A DNA stretch of 64,000 bases from Picochlorum sp. SENEW3 (taxonomy: Eukaryota). The notes under the pieces are model-generated. The model was not told the origin of the DNA. It saw nothing but the letters and a program-made list of their open reading frames with translations, and did no database searches. A program made the position numbers and the translations under genes. Of the stretch, positions 26,278 to 38,256 are shown piece by piece. The first letter of the stretch is position 1; each line of letters starts with the position of its first letter. The stretch lies in NCBI GenBank assembly GCA_034226945.1, contig CP120455.1, positions 1 through 64,000 on the forward strand. The letters are read 5' to 3'.

Positions 26278-26786
26278 CCCCCTCAATCAGGCTCCCATGC
26301 TCCCAACCGACCAACACCTCTGAACAAATGCACGGTATACACCTCCCTAGAATTCGATCTAGCCTCTTGGCAACCCGACAACAACGCTACGAGTCACTGC
26401 CCTCTTTGAACAAGGCTGCAACTCTCATGCCCTGTTCCAACTCTTCCACAACCGCATGAACATGAATGGCATGATCCAATTCTTCTGGGCATCCTCGTGT
26501 GTCTTCTGCATCCTCATTCGCGAGATGCTCTTCGTGTCTTCACCCTACACATCGTATTTCTGGGATGTGACGACAGAAGACCAAAACAAACGCTATTATT
26601 TCCAGTCCGGTCAAAAGAGTGCTGCAACCGGGGAAACGGATTTGTGAAATAAGAAGGGAGAGGACCACAAATGCTCACAAGGTCACGTGCGGCATGACTC
26701 GGAGGAAAGAGATACATGTATTAAAATTTTGCTGACGCATTGTCGATATCGACTGAATAGGGACGAAGTTGAACGACGTGCACAGT

Positions 26787-28733
26787 ATGAGTGGGATGCT
26801 CGAGAACGGCTTTGGAGGCCACAATGGAGAGTCTCTGAAGCAAAGTCCCAAATCAGATATGTCTTCTACAGAAAGCGACGCGTCGATGTTGCATAAGACG
26901 AGTAAAAAGCATCTGAAGGCATCCCTGAGCAAGGCGTTCCTGTCAAAAGGAATGCCCGTAACCTTCAAGGACGTGGTGTATACGGTAGTCAACAGTCAGA
27001 ACAAGAAGGAAAAAATCAATCTTCTGAAAGGCGTCAGCGGATATTTCGAGGTGGGACAGATGGCTGCTCTCATGGGTCCCTCAGGCTCGGGGAAGTCTAC
27101 CCTACTTGACGTTCTGGCCGGCAGGAAGACGGTGGGAAAGATTAGCGGTGATATCAAATTTGGAGGGGAGAAGCCTTCGCGCAACTTCCTCCGTCGTTAC
27201 ACGGGCTATGTGGAACAGACTGACACACTGCTGCCAATCCTGACGGTGGAAGAGATGTTGTTGTACACGGCAGATCTCAAGAAGCCGATCTCCGAGTCGA
27301 AGAAGAGCAAGATGGATGCAGTGGAGGAGCTCCTCGGTGTGTTGGCGCTGGATTCCTGCAGAGACGTGTTGATTGGGAGTGAGCTGGCTCGAGGCATCTC
27401 TGGTGGTCAGGCCAAGAGGGTCAACATCGGTATAAGCTTTGATCACAAATCCGAGGGTGTTGTTCTTGGATGAGCCCACGTCTGGGCTGGATTCGTTTAC
27501 GGCGAATGAAGTCATGTCGGTGGTCAAGTCTTTGGCATTGATGGGCATCACCGTGTGTGCCACCATTCACTCGCCAACACCATATGCATTCAGTCTCTTT
27601 GATCGCCTGCTTTTGCTCCTCCGCGGAGGCACCGCGTATTTCGGAATTAATGGCTCTGTGGCTCTGGAGTATTTCCATAGCGTATCTCCTACGGATATCA
27701 CGGGCTTGCGAGAGGGGGAGAACGAGGCTGAATGGATTGTGGACATCACCACTCTGGCAGACAGACAAGGGCGACAGGATGACTTTGTGAGGGCCTTCGC
27801 CAAGAGCGAGATCAAACTTCAAGGAGACAAAGAAATAGATCATATGCTGCAGAAAACGTCTACATTGGACGAGCAGACGAAGAAAGACCTTGCAGTCAAG
27901 CGTGACACGGTCACCCCCACCTGGTGGGCGCTGAAGACCCTATTCAAGTACAGGACCTCTAAGAATTATCGGTCTCCAGAGTTCCTTGGGCCTCGCGTGA
28001 TGGATAAATTGATCTTCTCAATCATCATCTTCACACTCTATTGGGCAATTGGGAACAAGTTGACGCCAGACAACTACATCAATATTGCTGCCGTCCTCTT
28101 TATGTGGTGTACATTGCCTGCCTTTGGTGCGGCATCCTATGTGCCAGCTATCGTCTTGGAACGTCCTTTGTTCGTAAGGGAAAGAAGCGACGGCCTGTAT
28201 AAGGTAGTGACGTACCTGTCGTACAAAATCTGTGAAGAGCTGGTGTTGCCCTGCTGAGCAGTCTGATCTTTTCCAATGTCGTGTTCTGGCCGATTAAGTT
28301 CCAGGGTCAATGGGTGCTATTTTGGCTTGTGTACTATGCGACACTGGGGTGTGGCATTGTCGTGGCTTATTTCGTAGCTGCTCTCTCGCCCAACATGGAC
28401 GTAGCCAATGCAGCACTGCCTTCCTATGTGGTCACCCTGCTTTTCTTTTCAGGTTTCTTGCTGAGATGGTCGGACATTCCAAAATGGTGGCAATGGTATG
28501 GATACATTAATTTTCTGCGGTATGCCTGGGGCTCACTGATGGTGAATCAATTTGGTGGCTTTGATTCATTGCCGCCTTTTGTGAGCGACCCAGAGCCCAT
28601 ATCCATCCTTGATTATTACTCTCTTGGAGGTGTGTCCAAGTGGGCTTGGTTTGGCATTGAGCTCGCCTTCTTCGTAGTTTTCTTCTTCTTTGCATTCCTT
28701 GCCTTGACCTATGTCAGACACGTGAGGCGTTGA
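26787..28733 (+). CDS. ABCG half-transporter (copy 4; apparent frameshifts)
   Basis: Same motifs as copy 1. Confidence 0.9.
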
Positions 28734-28846
28734 ATGCATTTCTTTTGGGATTTGATTCATTCATTCATTGATTTGATAACTGTACTAAATACTACTACCA
28801 ATATTCTTACATGTAATGTATAAAATATCACGAATCACGACATGAT

Positions 28847-30580
28847 TTAATTATATGAACCATGGAGGAATGGGTCTAAAGGCTTTCCTAAAGAGTAGAC
28901 GACAAATCCAATGTCCCTCAACTTGTCATGATCCAAAATATTCCTTCCATCAAAAATGAAAGCTGGCTTCACCATAGAGTCGTAGATCTTTTGGTAGTCG
29001 TATTCCTTGAACTCGTCCCATTCTGTCAACACACAAATTGCATGAGCTCCAGAGACAGCATCCATTGGATCCTTTGCAATGGTGATGTTCTCCACACCTG
29101 TGGGAGCAGCATGGGCCACCGGGTGGTCCCACTCAAATTTGGGAGTGGTCAGATCTCGTCTGACCTGCTTTTCTTCCACCTTGGGATCATATATGTACAA
29201 ATCAGCCCCGTCAGCCATCAGCCCTTTGCACACATCGATGGCTGGCGTCTCACGGGTGTCTCCAGTGTCCTTCTTGAAAGCAAAGCCATAAATGGCAATT
29301 TTCTTCTTCTTAATCGTGTTAAACATAGCAGAAATGACACGTTCGACAAACCTCTGCTTCTGATAGTCGTTCATGGTGACCACAGAGTGCCAGTATTTGG
29401 CAACGTCGGACAGCCCGACACTCTCACAAATGTACACCAGGTTCAGAATGTCCTTCTGGAAGCAAGATCCGCCAAATCCAACAGAAGCATTCAAGAATTT
29501 TCCTCCGATACGGGAATCTGTTCCAATAGATTTGGACACCTGCTGAATATCTGCTCCCGTGGCTTCGCAGAGTGCTGAGATGGAGTTCACAGAAGAGATC
29601 CTTTGAGCAAGCATGGCATTGGCAGTGAGCTTGGACAACTCTGCTGACCACAAATTTGTCTTGAGGATGCGCTCTTCTGGAATCCAGTGAGCATACACGC
29701 TTGCTAGGACATCAATGGCCTTCCTGCCCCTATCTGTGTCCTTGCCACCGATGAGCACGCGATCAGGTTTTGACAAATCCTGAATGGCGGTTCCCTCTGC
29801 CAAAAACTCCGGGTTTGAAAGGATGTCGAACTCCACATTGGAATCGGAGCAATTGCGCTTCAAAACCTTCTCGATTGCCTCTGCCGTCTTGACAGGAACT
29901 GTAGACTTCTCCACGATGATTTTGGATGTTTTTGACACGGACGCAATCATTCTGGCAGCTCCTTCCCAATACGTCAGATCCGCAGCCTTGCCGGCCCCTA
30001 CTCCAGATGTCTTCGTGGGGGTATTGACACTGACGAAAACCAAGTCTGCCTCGGCTACGTGCTTCTCCACCTCTGTGGAGAAGAACAAGTTTCGACCCCT
30101 GCATTCCTCCACAACTTCCTGCAGACCAGGCTCGTAGATGGGAAGCTTGGCAGAGTTCCAGGCAGCAATCCTCGCCTCATTGATATCGAGAACAACCACT
30201 TCAATCTCTGGGCATTTCAAGGCTATCATGGCCATCGTGGGCCCACCTGCACGGCAAAAAATAGAACGCCCATTACCTCTCATTCATCCACTGGCGCACA
30301 TTCCGGGGTACCTCCGGGGTGGTACTCCGAGCGTGCTTTGCCAACGCACCGACATAGCCAGCTCCTGCAATCAAATCACACATATAACATGTCAAAAGTG
30401 TTCAAACACCCATGAAAGATACATGGCGGTGCTCCCACAACAAGAAGATTTCTTCCAACCAGACTGATCTCGCACGGTTGTCGATGCAACCAAGCCTGAT
30501 CGAAACAGCCACACCAACCGCCCACAATCAGTTGTATAAAGGTATAACACATCATACGCACCAATGCAAGCAATCTTCAT
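28847..30580 (-). CDS. UGD: UDP-glucose 6-dehydrogenase, full length; exons 30580-30562, 30364-30350, 30246-28847
   Basis: Spliced N-terminus [16 protein letters not shown] (Rossmann GxGxxG), [17 protein letters not shown], catalytic [22 protein letters not shown]. Confidence 0.97.
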
Positions 30581-30912
30581 GTTTCTGTAGGCAACAGCTC
30601 CGCAGATCTACACGCAGGTCCAACCGCACGGGCACAATGAGAGACTCTGGCTCTAACAATGTGGGGTTAAAAAAGGAAGTACAATCCCAAATTCAGAATT
30701 GAATTGAATTTGGCATGAAAGAAGAGGTGAGGCTCCCGTTTGGGTACACCTGCCCTTTGTCGACGCAGCAGTTAGAGTGCTTGGCCGCCCACGGTCCCGT
30801 GGTAAGTACGACGGGAAGACTTTGAACAGACAACAAGTCATCTGCCTTTTTCACAAATGATTGTCGTTACACCACAATGATGAGAAGATATGATGTTATC
30901 AAAACAGGAAAA

Positions 30913-33558
30913 TCAAGTCGTTAAGATTGCTCTGCCGTGGGCCACCCTTACCTCGCCCGGCAGCTCCCTCAGAGCATTTTCAACGTCTCTTTCTGTGATG
31001 GTCCTGGACCCCGTGGCCACAGCCAGAGTGTCCACCAAGTCTGCAATCCTAACTCCGGTTGCCCCAGAATCCTTGGACTCGAGAATTTCCTTGATCATGG
31101 CTGCCATCTGTGTCCTGGCAGTCCTGTCTGCGGCTGATACGCCCGTCTGTATCACATCCATGTCGATCTGACCAGTCTTTGGGTCTATGGATGCTTGCTG
31201 CATAGACACTTGCATCAGGCGTACAGCTTCCAATACATCCTTCTCTTCCACCCACTCGGACAAACGAATCCTTGCACTGCCTTCGGACAGGCGGATGAGG
31301 GATTCCAGCTGCCGTGGAGTAGCACTAACTGTCTTCCTACTCATACCCAGCGCTCGCATATCTGCATATGCATTGGCCAGCTTCTGTGCAGCCTCCGGAG
31401 TCAGTTTTGGATGGCAGGTGGCGCGTGCATAGGCAATATACTCTCTGAGTAATTCTATCGGGACAGGAGCGCTGGTGCTGCTTCCAATTGCGTTAGGATC
31501 CCCGTACAGAGAGATCAAATGGCGCGCGAGCCGTCTGTCAGTCCTCTCATCTGCCTTGTCCAGCAGCAAATAGATCAAATCAAAACGGGACATGAGGGAT
31601 GGAGGCAACTGAATATTCTCAACAACGGACATGGAGGGATTGTATCGGGATCCGACCGGATTGGCACAGGCAAGCACAGAGGTGCGTGCATTCAGAGTGG
31701 CGATAATTCCAGCCTTGGCCACCGAAATTGTCTGCTGTTCCATGACTTCATGAAGAACACTGCGAGCTGCATCGCTCATTTTGTCAAATTCATCGATACA
31801 GCAGATTCCTCTGTCAGACAAAACAAGTGCTCCGCTCTCCAGCACCATGTCCCGCGTCTCTGGATCTCTCGTCACATAGGCAGTCAGACCCACCGCCGAA
31901 GAACCCCGGCCGGAAGTATAAATGCCGCGTGGAGCCAATTTGTGGACATAACTCAATATCTGAGACTTTGAAACACCAGGGTCACCGACAAGCAGTACGT
32001 TTATCTCTCCTCTTGTCTTTCCAGATGGCAAGGATTTTGATACTCCTCCAAAAAGTTGACACAAGAGCCCTTTCTTGACATCCTCGAGCTGCCAGATGGA
32101 GGGCGCGAGGGACATTGCAAGCCTTTCGTAGACATCAGGACTAGATGCAATCTCTTGGAACTTTTGCTTCTTGGCTTGCACCTGCTCAGCAGTCATGTTT
32201 GACGTGTTGGACATGATGTCATTCGGGTGGCTTCTGGTTCCATCTGCTTGGGTCTGAGAGGCCTCATCCATCATGAGCGAAAACAAATCGTCGTGAGCAC
32301 CATCCTTCTCCACATGCATCACATCAATGAACGTCTTGTAGATAGATTTCACCTCCCTGCCACGAGGGTTGACCCTGACTGGCTGAGCTCGATATATTCC
32401 CACAACTCTGACCCTGTCTCCTGGCTTCACGGCATCCACCAGATCCTGTCTGGTAAACATCGTCACAGTGTGAGGCGTTTCCCCCTCTGGAATGTCGTTT
32501 GGAGCTTCCTGAACCTTGAGCATTTGTTTGTCCACGAATGCTGAGCAATTGTAGACCAACTGCATGGTGAATTTAGCTTGACAGGCACCATTTGGGCATT
32601 TCGATGGCTCGTCAATATTCCCTCTGTCATTTCTTGTGATTGCTTCATGGTTACACTTGGTGCATCTGAAGCATGCTAACGACTGGTCCGGAATCACAGA
32701 AGATGCGCGCGTCACCATGCCTGACACAGACACCAGGGTTCCAATGTCTGTCGGGTCCAAATCTCTGATGACCTTGCTTTCCCTCAAATTGTACACCCTT
32801 GTTTGGAGAGGACTATCAAGGGACTCTGGATCCACCACGCCTTCAATCTCGCACGTGATCAGGGCAAGCTGATAGTCAAATATGGGGACAGTCTCCACCG
32901 GAAAAGCCAATGTCCACTGGTACAAGGTCGGGTCAAAGGCAAAAATGTGCCTACCATCGATATTGAACGAAACTTCACCTCTCCTTCGGGACTCAACCAA
33001 GAGCTTCATATACTTTTGCTCCCCAGTGTCCTCCTCCTCAAAGCCTCTGATGAAAGCGTTGAAGCGACTCATGACTCGAGACACCGTCAGGTTGGTTCCC
33101 CAAATGTACGTCGCATCTGGATCTCCATCGACATCTTCACTTGCGACTATTGAGTCAGAAGCAATACTGGCGCGGCGTTGGTTGGACGGAGGGGCACCTC
33201 CGTGAGACTGCAGCCCAAGATATCCACCGTAGAAACCAAGGTCCACCCTCGGGGTCAAGCTCACGGACGCAGATCGCCCTGCACGCCCTCCCGCGCTTTC
33301 TAATTGAGAAAGAGATGCTGCAGGAACTACCCTGCTGGATGGCGTGCCCAAAGCACTCCCCATCGGCGTAGGCTGGCTTCCTCCGTTCAACTGCCGAGGC
33401 TGGGATCCTCCCCCGGATGGTGCTGGCGTTTGCGAGCCAGAGTGCCCTGAAACAACGACACAAACATATGTTTAGGAATATACTGGATATATATAATCGA
33501 TATTTGAGAGCCACGACGCACCTCTACCCAAGGAACCTGGTGAACTGGGGCCGTCCAT
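30913..33558 (-). CDS. MCM4: DNA replication licensing factor MCM4 (short first exon, one intron ~33521-33447)
   Basis: IWGTN N-terminal motif, Zn finger, PEGETPHTV, GDPGVSKSQ, IDEFDKM, SRFD arginine finger, TPRQLESLIRL. Confidence 0.95.
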
Positions 33559-33789
33559 GACAAATCAAACAGGGCTCGTTCTCGTATATGTCCTTTTTGG
33601 CCCTTCAATTTGTCGGAAAGATTTAATTATTATTTCATTGTTTCAAGTGCAGCACGCCTTGCCGAACTCGTACGAGCAGCAGGGATTGAGCGAATCGGCA
33701 AATTTAAATTGGAAGCGCGCTCAATTTTTGAAAACACCCTGCCTGTGTTGTCTGGATCAATTTGTAGCAACGTTACATCTCGGCGCATA

Positions 33790-35476
33790 TTATGATTTCT
33801 TGGTCTTGTTTGGGCGATTACCGTATGGATTGCTCTCACTGAAGCCATGCGGTCCCCTGCCCCGCTTGTAGTTGGCGGCCCTGCCGGTGAGGGAGGACGC
33901 TTTTCTTGTGTGGGCAGCCCTAGATTCAATGTTGATGTTCACCCTCGGGGGGTTGCTGAAGCCAAATGACTTCGCTACAGCTTTAAGGTCCAACGAATGG
34001 ATGTTGAATGCATCCTTGAGCGAGTGCGAATTGTACGCGAGGAGGTAGCCTCGCATGGCATCTTTACCTGCCTGGTGCAGATAGTAGTTCTTTTCCACCA
34101 ACTTTTCCAGCTGCGACTGGACATTGGCAAGCTTGTTCGGAGGGAAATCATATTCATTGAGGGGTATTTTTGCTGCTTTGAGATATTTTAGAAAGCCAAG
34201 TTCCTCCGGGAGGAGCATGAGGAGGGCCCTGCCAGTCCCATCCTTCCCCCTTGCGGTCCTTCCAACCCTGTGAATATACTCTTTGGGGTCGTCAGGAGGA
34301 TCAAACTGGATGATCCAATCTACTGCAGGAATATCTAAACCTCTAGCAGCGACGTCCGTGCACAGTAGGATCCCTTTCTCCGCCTGGCAGAACTCAAAGA
34401 ATGTCGTGGTTCTGGTTCCCTGCTTTTGTTTGCCATGAATCGCCCTGACAGGCATGTCTATATAGTTCAACAGATCGCAGTGATATTTCACCGAACTGCA
34501 AGACGAGAAAAATACCATCACCTTTTTGCCCACATTCTTCTTCAAAAAGGTGAAGAGAAGCAGGAAGCGCTTGTCAGCAGGGACCACGCAATATCCTTGC
34601 TCCAGGCCTTCCCTCGTGGAATCGTCCTCCGTATCGTTCACGCCCACGTAGATCGGCTTTGATTTGAAAGATATGCGAGCCAAATCTTCTACCTTGGTCG
34701 TCTGTGTGGCTGAGAATAGCATGGTCTGCCTATCCTTGGGGAGGAGGCGAATGATCTGACGCATCTCCTCCTCGAATCCGATTTCTAAAATTCTGTCCGC
34801 CTCATCAATCACCAAACATTGTAGATTCCTATATACAAAGCCCTGAGTATTTTGCAAGTGGTCCAACAGCCGCCCCGGTGTAGCAACCAGGAGGTTGACC
34901 CCCTTCACCAATTTCTCTGCTTCGCTTCTCCTGTTTGCCCCTCCAATCACCAGTCCATGGGTCTGGCTGTGGTGCTTCATCACCTCTCGCACTACATTAT
35001 AGATCTGAAGTGCCAGTTCTCTCGTCGGCGAAATAATGAGTGCCCCCGTCCCGTTCCGCGGCATGAATTTGGCTCTGTGGAGCATCTCCACACAGGGCAC
35101 CAGGAAGGCCAGCGTCTTTCCAGAGCCCGTCTTTGCGGCACCCAGCAAGTCTTTACCCAGCAGCAGATGCGGAATGGTCCTTGCCTGTACTTCTGTCATT
35201 TGTTTGAATTCCATATCCTCGATTCCTTGCAGTGTTTGGCTCGTGAGGTCCAAACTTGAAAACTGTTGCTCGGACATGATCCCAGCAACCATACTGGCAG
35301 TCGGCTTATTCGACACAGCCGGTGCATTTTTACCTTCAGATATTTCTCCGTTCCCAGATTTCCTGTCAGCTGCAGGTGAACAATGCAAGGTTAGAATACA
35401 ACCACCGAGCCATGCATGAGACATGTCACGTACAGGAACTCGTCTTCTTCCTCTTTTTCGTCTTGTCTGTGCCCAT
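33790..35476 (-). CDS. HAS1: DEAD-box RNA helicase HAS1/DDX18 (one 5' intron)
   Basis: [45 protein letters not shown]; first exon [14 protein letters not shown]. Confidence 0.93.
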
Positions 35477-35689
35477 AACTGAGATTATTTTGTAAATGTT
35501 TTACAATTGAATCGCCCACTCCTGCAGATGGTACTGCAGTCCAAAATCGATCGTTTTTTTCTTAATCAGGACATCTTTTCAACGTCTCTGAAATCTCAAG
35601 AGACATCTTCTTACGTAGATCGGCGGATCCTGACGCCGGCAGCAATATTGAATATACTAGTGTTTTCATTTGGAAAAGGTTGTATCAGT

Positions 35690-37072
35690 ATGATGAGTTG
35701 CACAGGATCAATTGGGCGACAGTATCGTCATGCAACACGAGAGACTTTTCTCGGAGCCAGTCGTACAAGGCGTGTCCCAGCACAGGTAAGAAATCAAATA
35801 CGAGGTGCTTGTATTGCGATCAATAGTGCGCTGTCGTGAGAAGTCGGTTGCCCGCGGCAATCGACCTCCAGTTTCGCCAGAGCGTCGGCCATTCGTGAGT
35901 GCCCCAAAATTCATTCATGTTTGCCGTGATGGTTGTAGAGATCAAGGGGAACTACAGTGAAGGCTGTCGCAAATCAGCCGTATGGCCGGGTATGGAATTT
36001 CAGCGCAGGGCCGGCGTGTTTGCCACTGGACGTCTTGGAGAGGGCCCAGGATGAGCTGTTGAATTGGGGCGGAAGCGGCGTTTCTGTGATGGAGATGTCG
36101 CATAGGGGTAAAGAATTTCAGTCCATCATTGCAAAAACGGAAGGGGATCTCAGAACACTTCTGAACGTGCCGGATAATTACAAGATTCTGTTTGCCCAGG
36201 GAGGTGCTTCCACACAGTTCTCGTCCATTCCCTTGAACTTGACATCCTCCCAGGACGACACCGTGGACCACATCGTGACAGGATCTTGGTCTAAAAAGGC
36301 TGTGAAAGAGGCTGAGCGGTATGCACGGGTAAATATTGTCGCATCTGGTGACAACAAGTCCATCCCACCTGCTGGGACTTGGAATCTGTCAGAGGATGCC
36401 AAGTACGTGCATTACTGCGACAACGAGACCATCCAGGGCGTGGAGTTTCAAGTGCCTCCTGCTGTTGCAAACAAGATACTCGTGGCGGATATGTCGTCGA
36501 ATTTCTGTAGCAAGCCAATTGATGTCAGCAAATTTGGCATCATCTACGCTGGCGCCCAGAAAAACATCGGGCCTGCTGGCGTAACCATCGTCATTGTAAG
36601 GGAAGACTTGATTGGAGCCGCGAGGGATATTACTCCAACAATGTTGGACTATAAGACGTTGGCGGATGACAATTCACTCTACAACACACCACCGTGTTGG
36701 TCTATTTACATGTGTGGCCTCGTGTTTGAGAAAATGCTGGAAGATGGAGGGCTCACAGCCGTGCATAAGTACAACAAAAGCAAAGCTGGCATTTTGTATG
36801 ACATTATTGACCAGTCCAATGGATTCTACAGCTGCCCCACAGAGCATTCTGTGAGGTCACTCATGAATGTTCCCTTCACCATTCCAGCATCAGCAGACCT
36901 GGAAAAACTCTTCATCGAGGAGGCTGCAAAACTTGGAATGGTACAGCTCAAGGGGCATAGGAGTGTGGGAGGAATGAGAGCTTCGATTTACAACTCCATG
37001 CCACATGAAGGTGTGGTGGCTTTGATGGAATTCATGTTGGAGTTTGCTGAACGGCATGCTACAAATAAATAA
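35690..37072 (+). CDS. PSAT: Phosphoserine aminotransferase with transit-peptide exon (intron ~35786-35938)
   Basis: [29 protein letters not shown] (PLP Lys), [14 protein letters not shown]. Confidence 0.96.
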
Positions 37073-37091
37073 ATTTGTATTTAAAAGTAAT

Positions 37092-37955
37092 TTAAAAATC
37101 TAGTTGACCGAACCACGTCGTATAATATTGACACCGTTCTGGAGAAATAGCACCCCCCTCGTGGCATTCTGTGAACACGGGGCACACGCCACAGGGCACA
37201 GAGGTTAGGGGCGTGCTGGTGAGGGTGGGCGTGTTGGCTTTTCTGTACTTTTCAACGCGTATGCCTTCATGAGAGACTTGGAAAATCTTCTCCAAAACAG
37301 CATCGTAGCAAAGCGTTTTGAGAATACTGGCCACATCCTCCTGCTGGAGGGGCTGACTGCTGACGCCAGACTGTTGTATGAACTGGGCAACCGCCTCCAG
37401 CGTGACTGGGCCGCTCCTCTCTACAAAACTCGACACCACAGTTCTAATTGTCTCGATGAATGCTTTATCGGGCTGCTGGTCACTCCCATACCACGGTCCT
37501 CCGGTGATTTCCTTGGCTGGCTCGAGGGAGCTCAGCATATACACCTTCCTACTTGCATTCTGAATGCTCTTGATCGCCTTCACCAAGCCCCTTTCTTCCA
37601 GCAATTTCAATATCTTTGTTATCTTTCCCTGCGGTAAGTTTGTTCTCTGCTTCATGTCTCGCGTCCATATTCCGACGTTGCCAGCTTGGCTAATGACCTG
37701 ATACACCAACATGTCTTCTGCCCCCAAACCTTTCACTTTGATTGCCTCCTCTCTTGCAAAACCCCGATACCTAGGATTATCAAAATCATTCCCCACCAGC
37801 TGTATCTTCGAAGAGCTAAGGAGCGCGTTAAAAGCATGCGCTCTCTGCTCTGCTGTGGTGTGGGGCAATTCTCGCGCAACGTCGGCATCCGTCACTGATT
37901 CATGCTTCAAAATGACTTCCAGGATCGCCTCATCATCTTTACTCCCAGTCACCAT
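37092..37955 (-). CDS. RPC6: RNA polymerase III subunit RPC6 (C34)
   Basis: AGNVGIWTRDMK winged helix, EITGGPWY, C-terminal PCGVCPVF..C...ISPERCQY cluster motif. Confidence 0.93.
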   Translation of the reverse strand: MVTGSKDDEAILEVILKHESVTDADVARELPHTTAEQRAHAFNALLSSSKIQLVGNDFDNPRYRGFAREEAIKVKGLGAEDMLVYQVISQAGNVGIWTRDMKQRTNLPQGKITKILKLLEERGLVKAIKSIQNASRKVYMLSSLEPAKEITGGPWYGSDQQPDKAFIETIRTVVSSFVERSGPVTLEAVAQFIQQSGVSSQPLQQEDVASILKTLCYDAVLEKIFQVSHEGIRVEKYRKANTPTLTSTPLTSVPCGVCPVFTECHEGGAISPERCQYYTTWFGQLDF

Positions 37956-38256
37956 CGTTTATCTAAAGCCTATAGGCTGCGTCTCTTCTCAGCATGCGGG
38001 AAGAACACCATGCAGCAAAGAGGTGCTATCTAATGTGATATGCGGGCACATCAATATATCTAGATTGTTTATCTTTCATTGAATTAATGGTGATCTGGAG
38101 TATTCTGGGTCACGACAAGAACAATGTTTTTTTTAAACTGTTCAATCACGGATGCAGTGAGTTGTGAGTCGATTGTGGTCCACTGATGCCTTTTGTTGCC
38201 ATCGCAACGAAGGCGACAATATTTAATTATTTATTTAATTATCCAAATCGATAAGG

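Larger units (their letters stand above)
5751..29472 (+). repeat. Tandem segmental amplification, 4 near-identical units (5751-11673, 11674-17605, 17606-23540, 23541-29472)
   Basis: The same ORF set recurs every 5923-5935 bp; the identical junction GCAAGATCCGC|AGAGCTGTCACC is seen three times. Confidence 0.97.

Noticed and set aside
8998..28733. Calling the ABCG, 7TM and Cys-rich copies pseudogenes
   Set aside because: Frameshifts are 1-nt, differ between copies, sit at AGCT or homopolymers, and a consensus restores an intact frame; more likely uncorrected nanopore errors.
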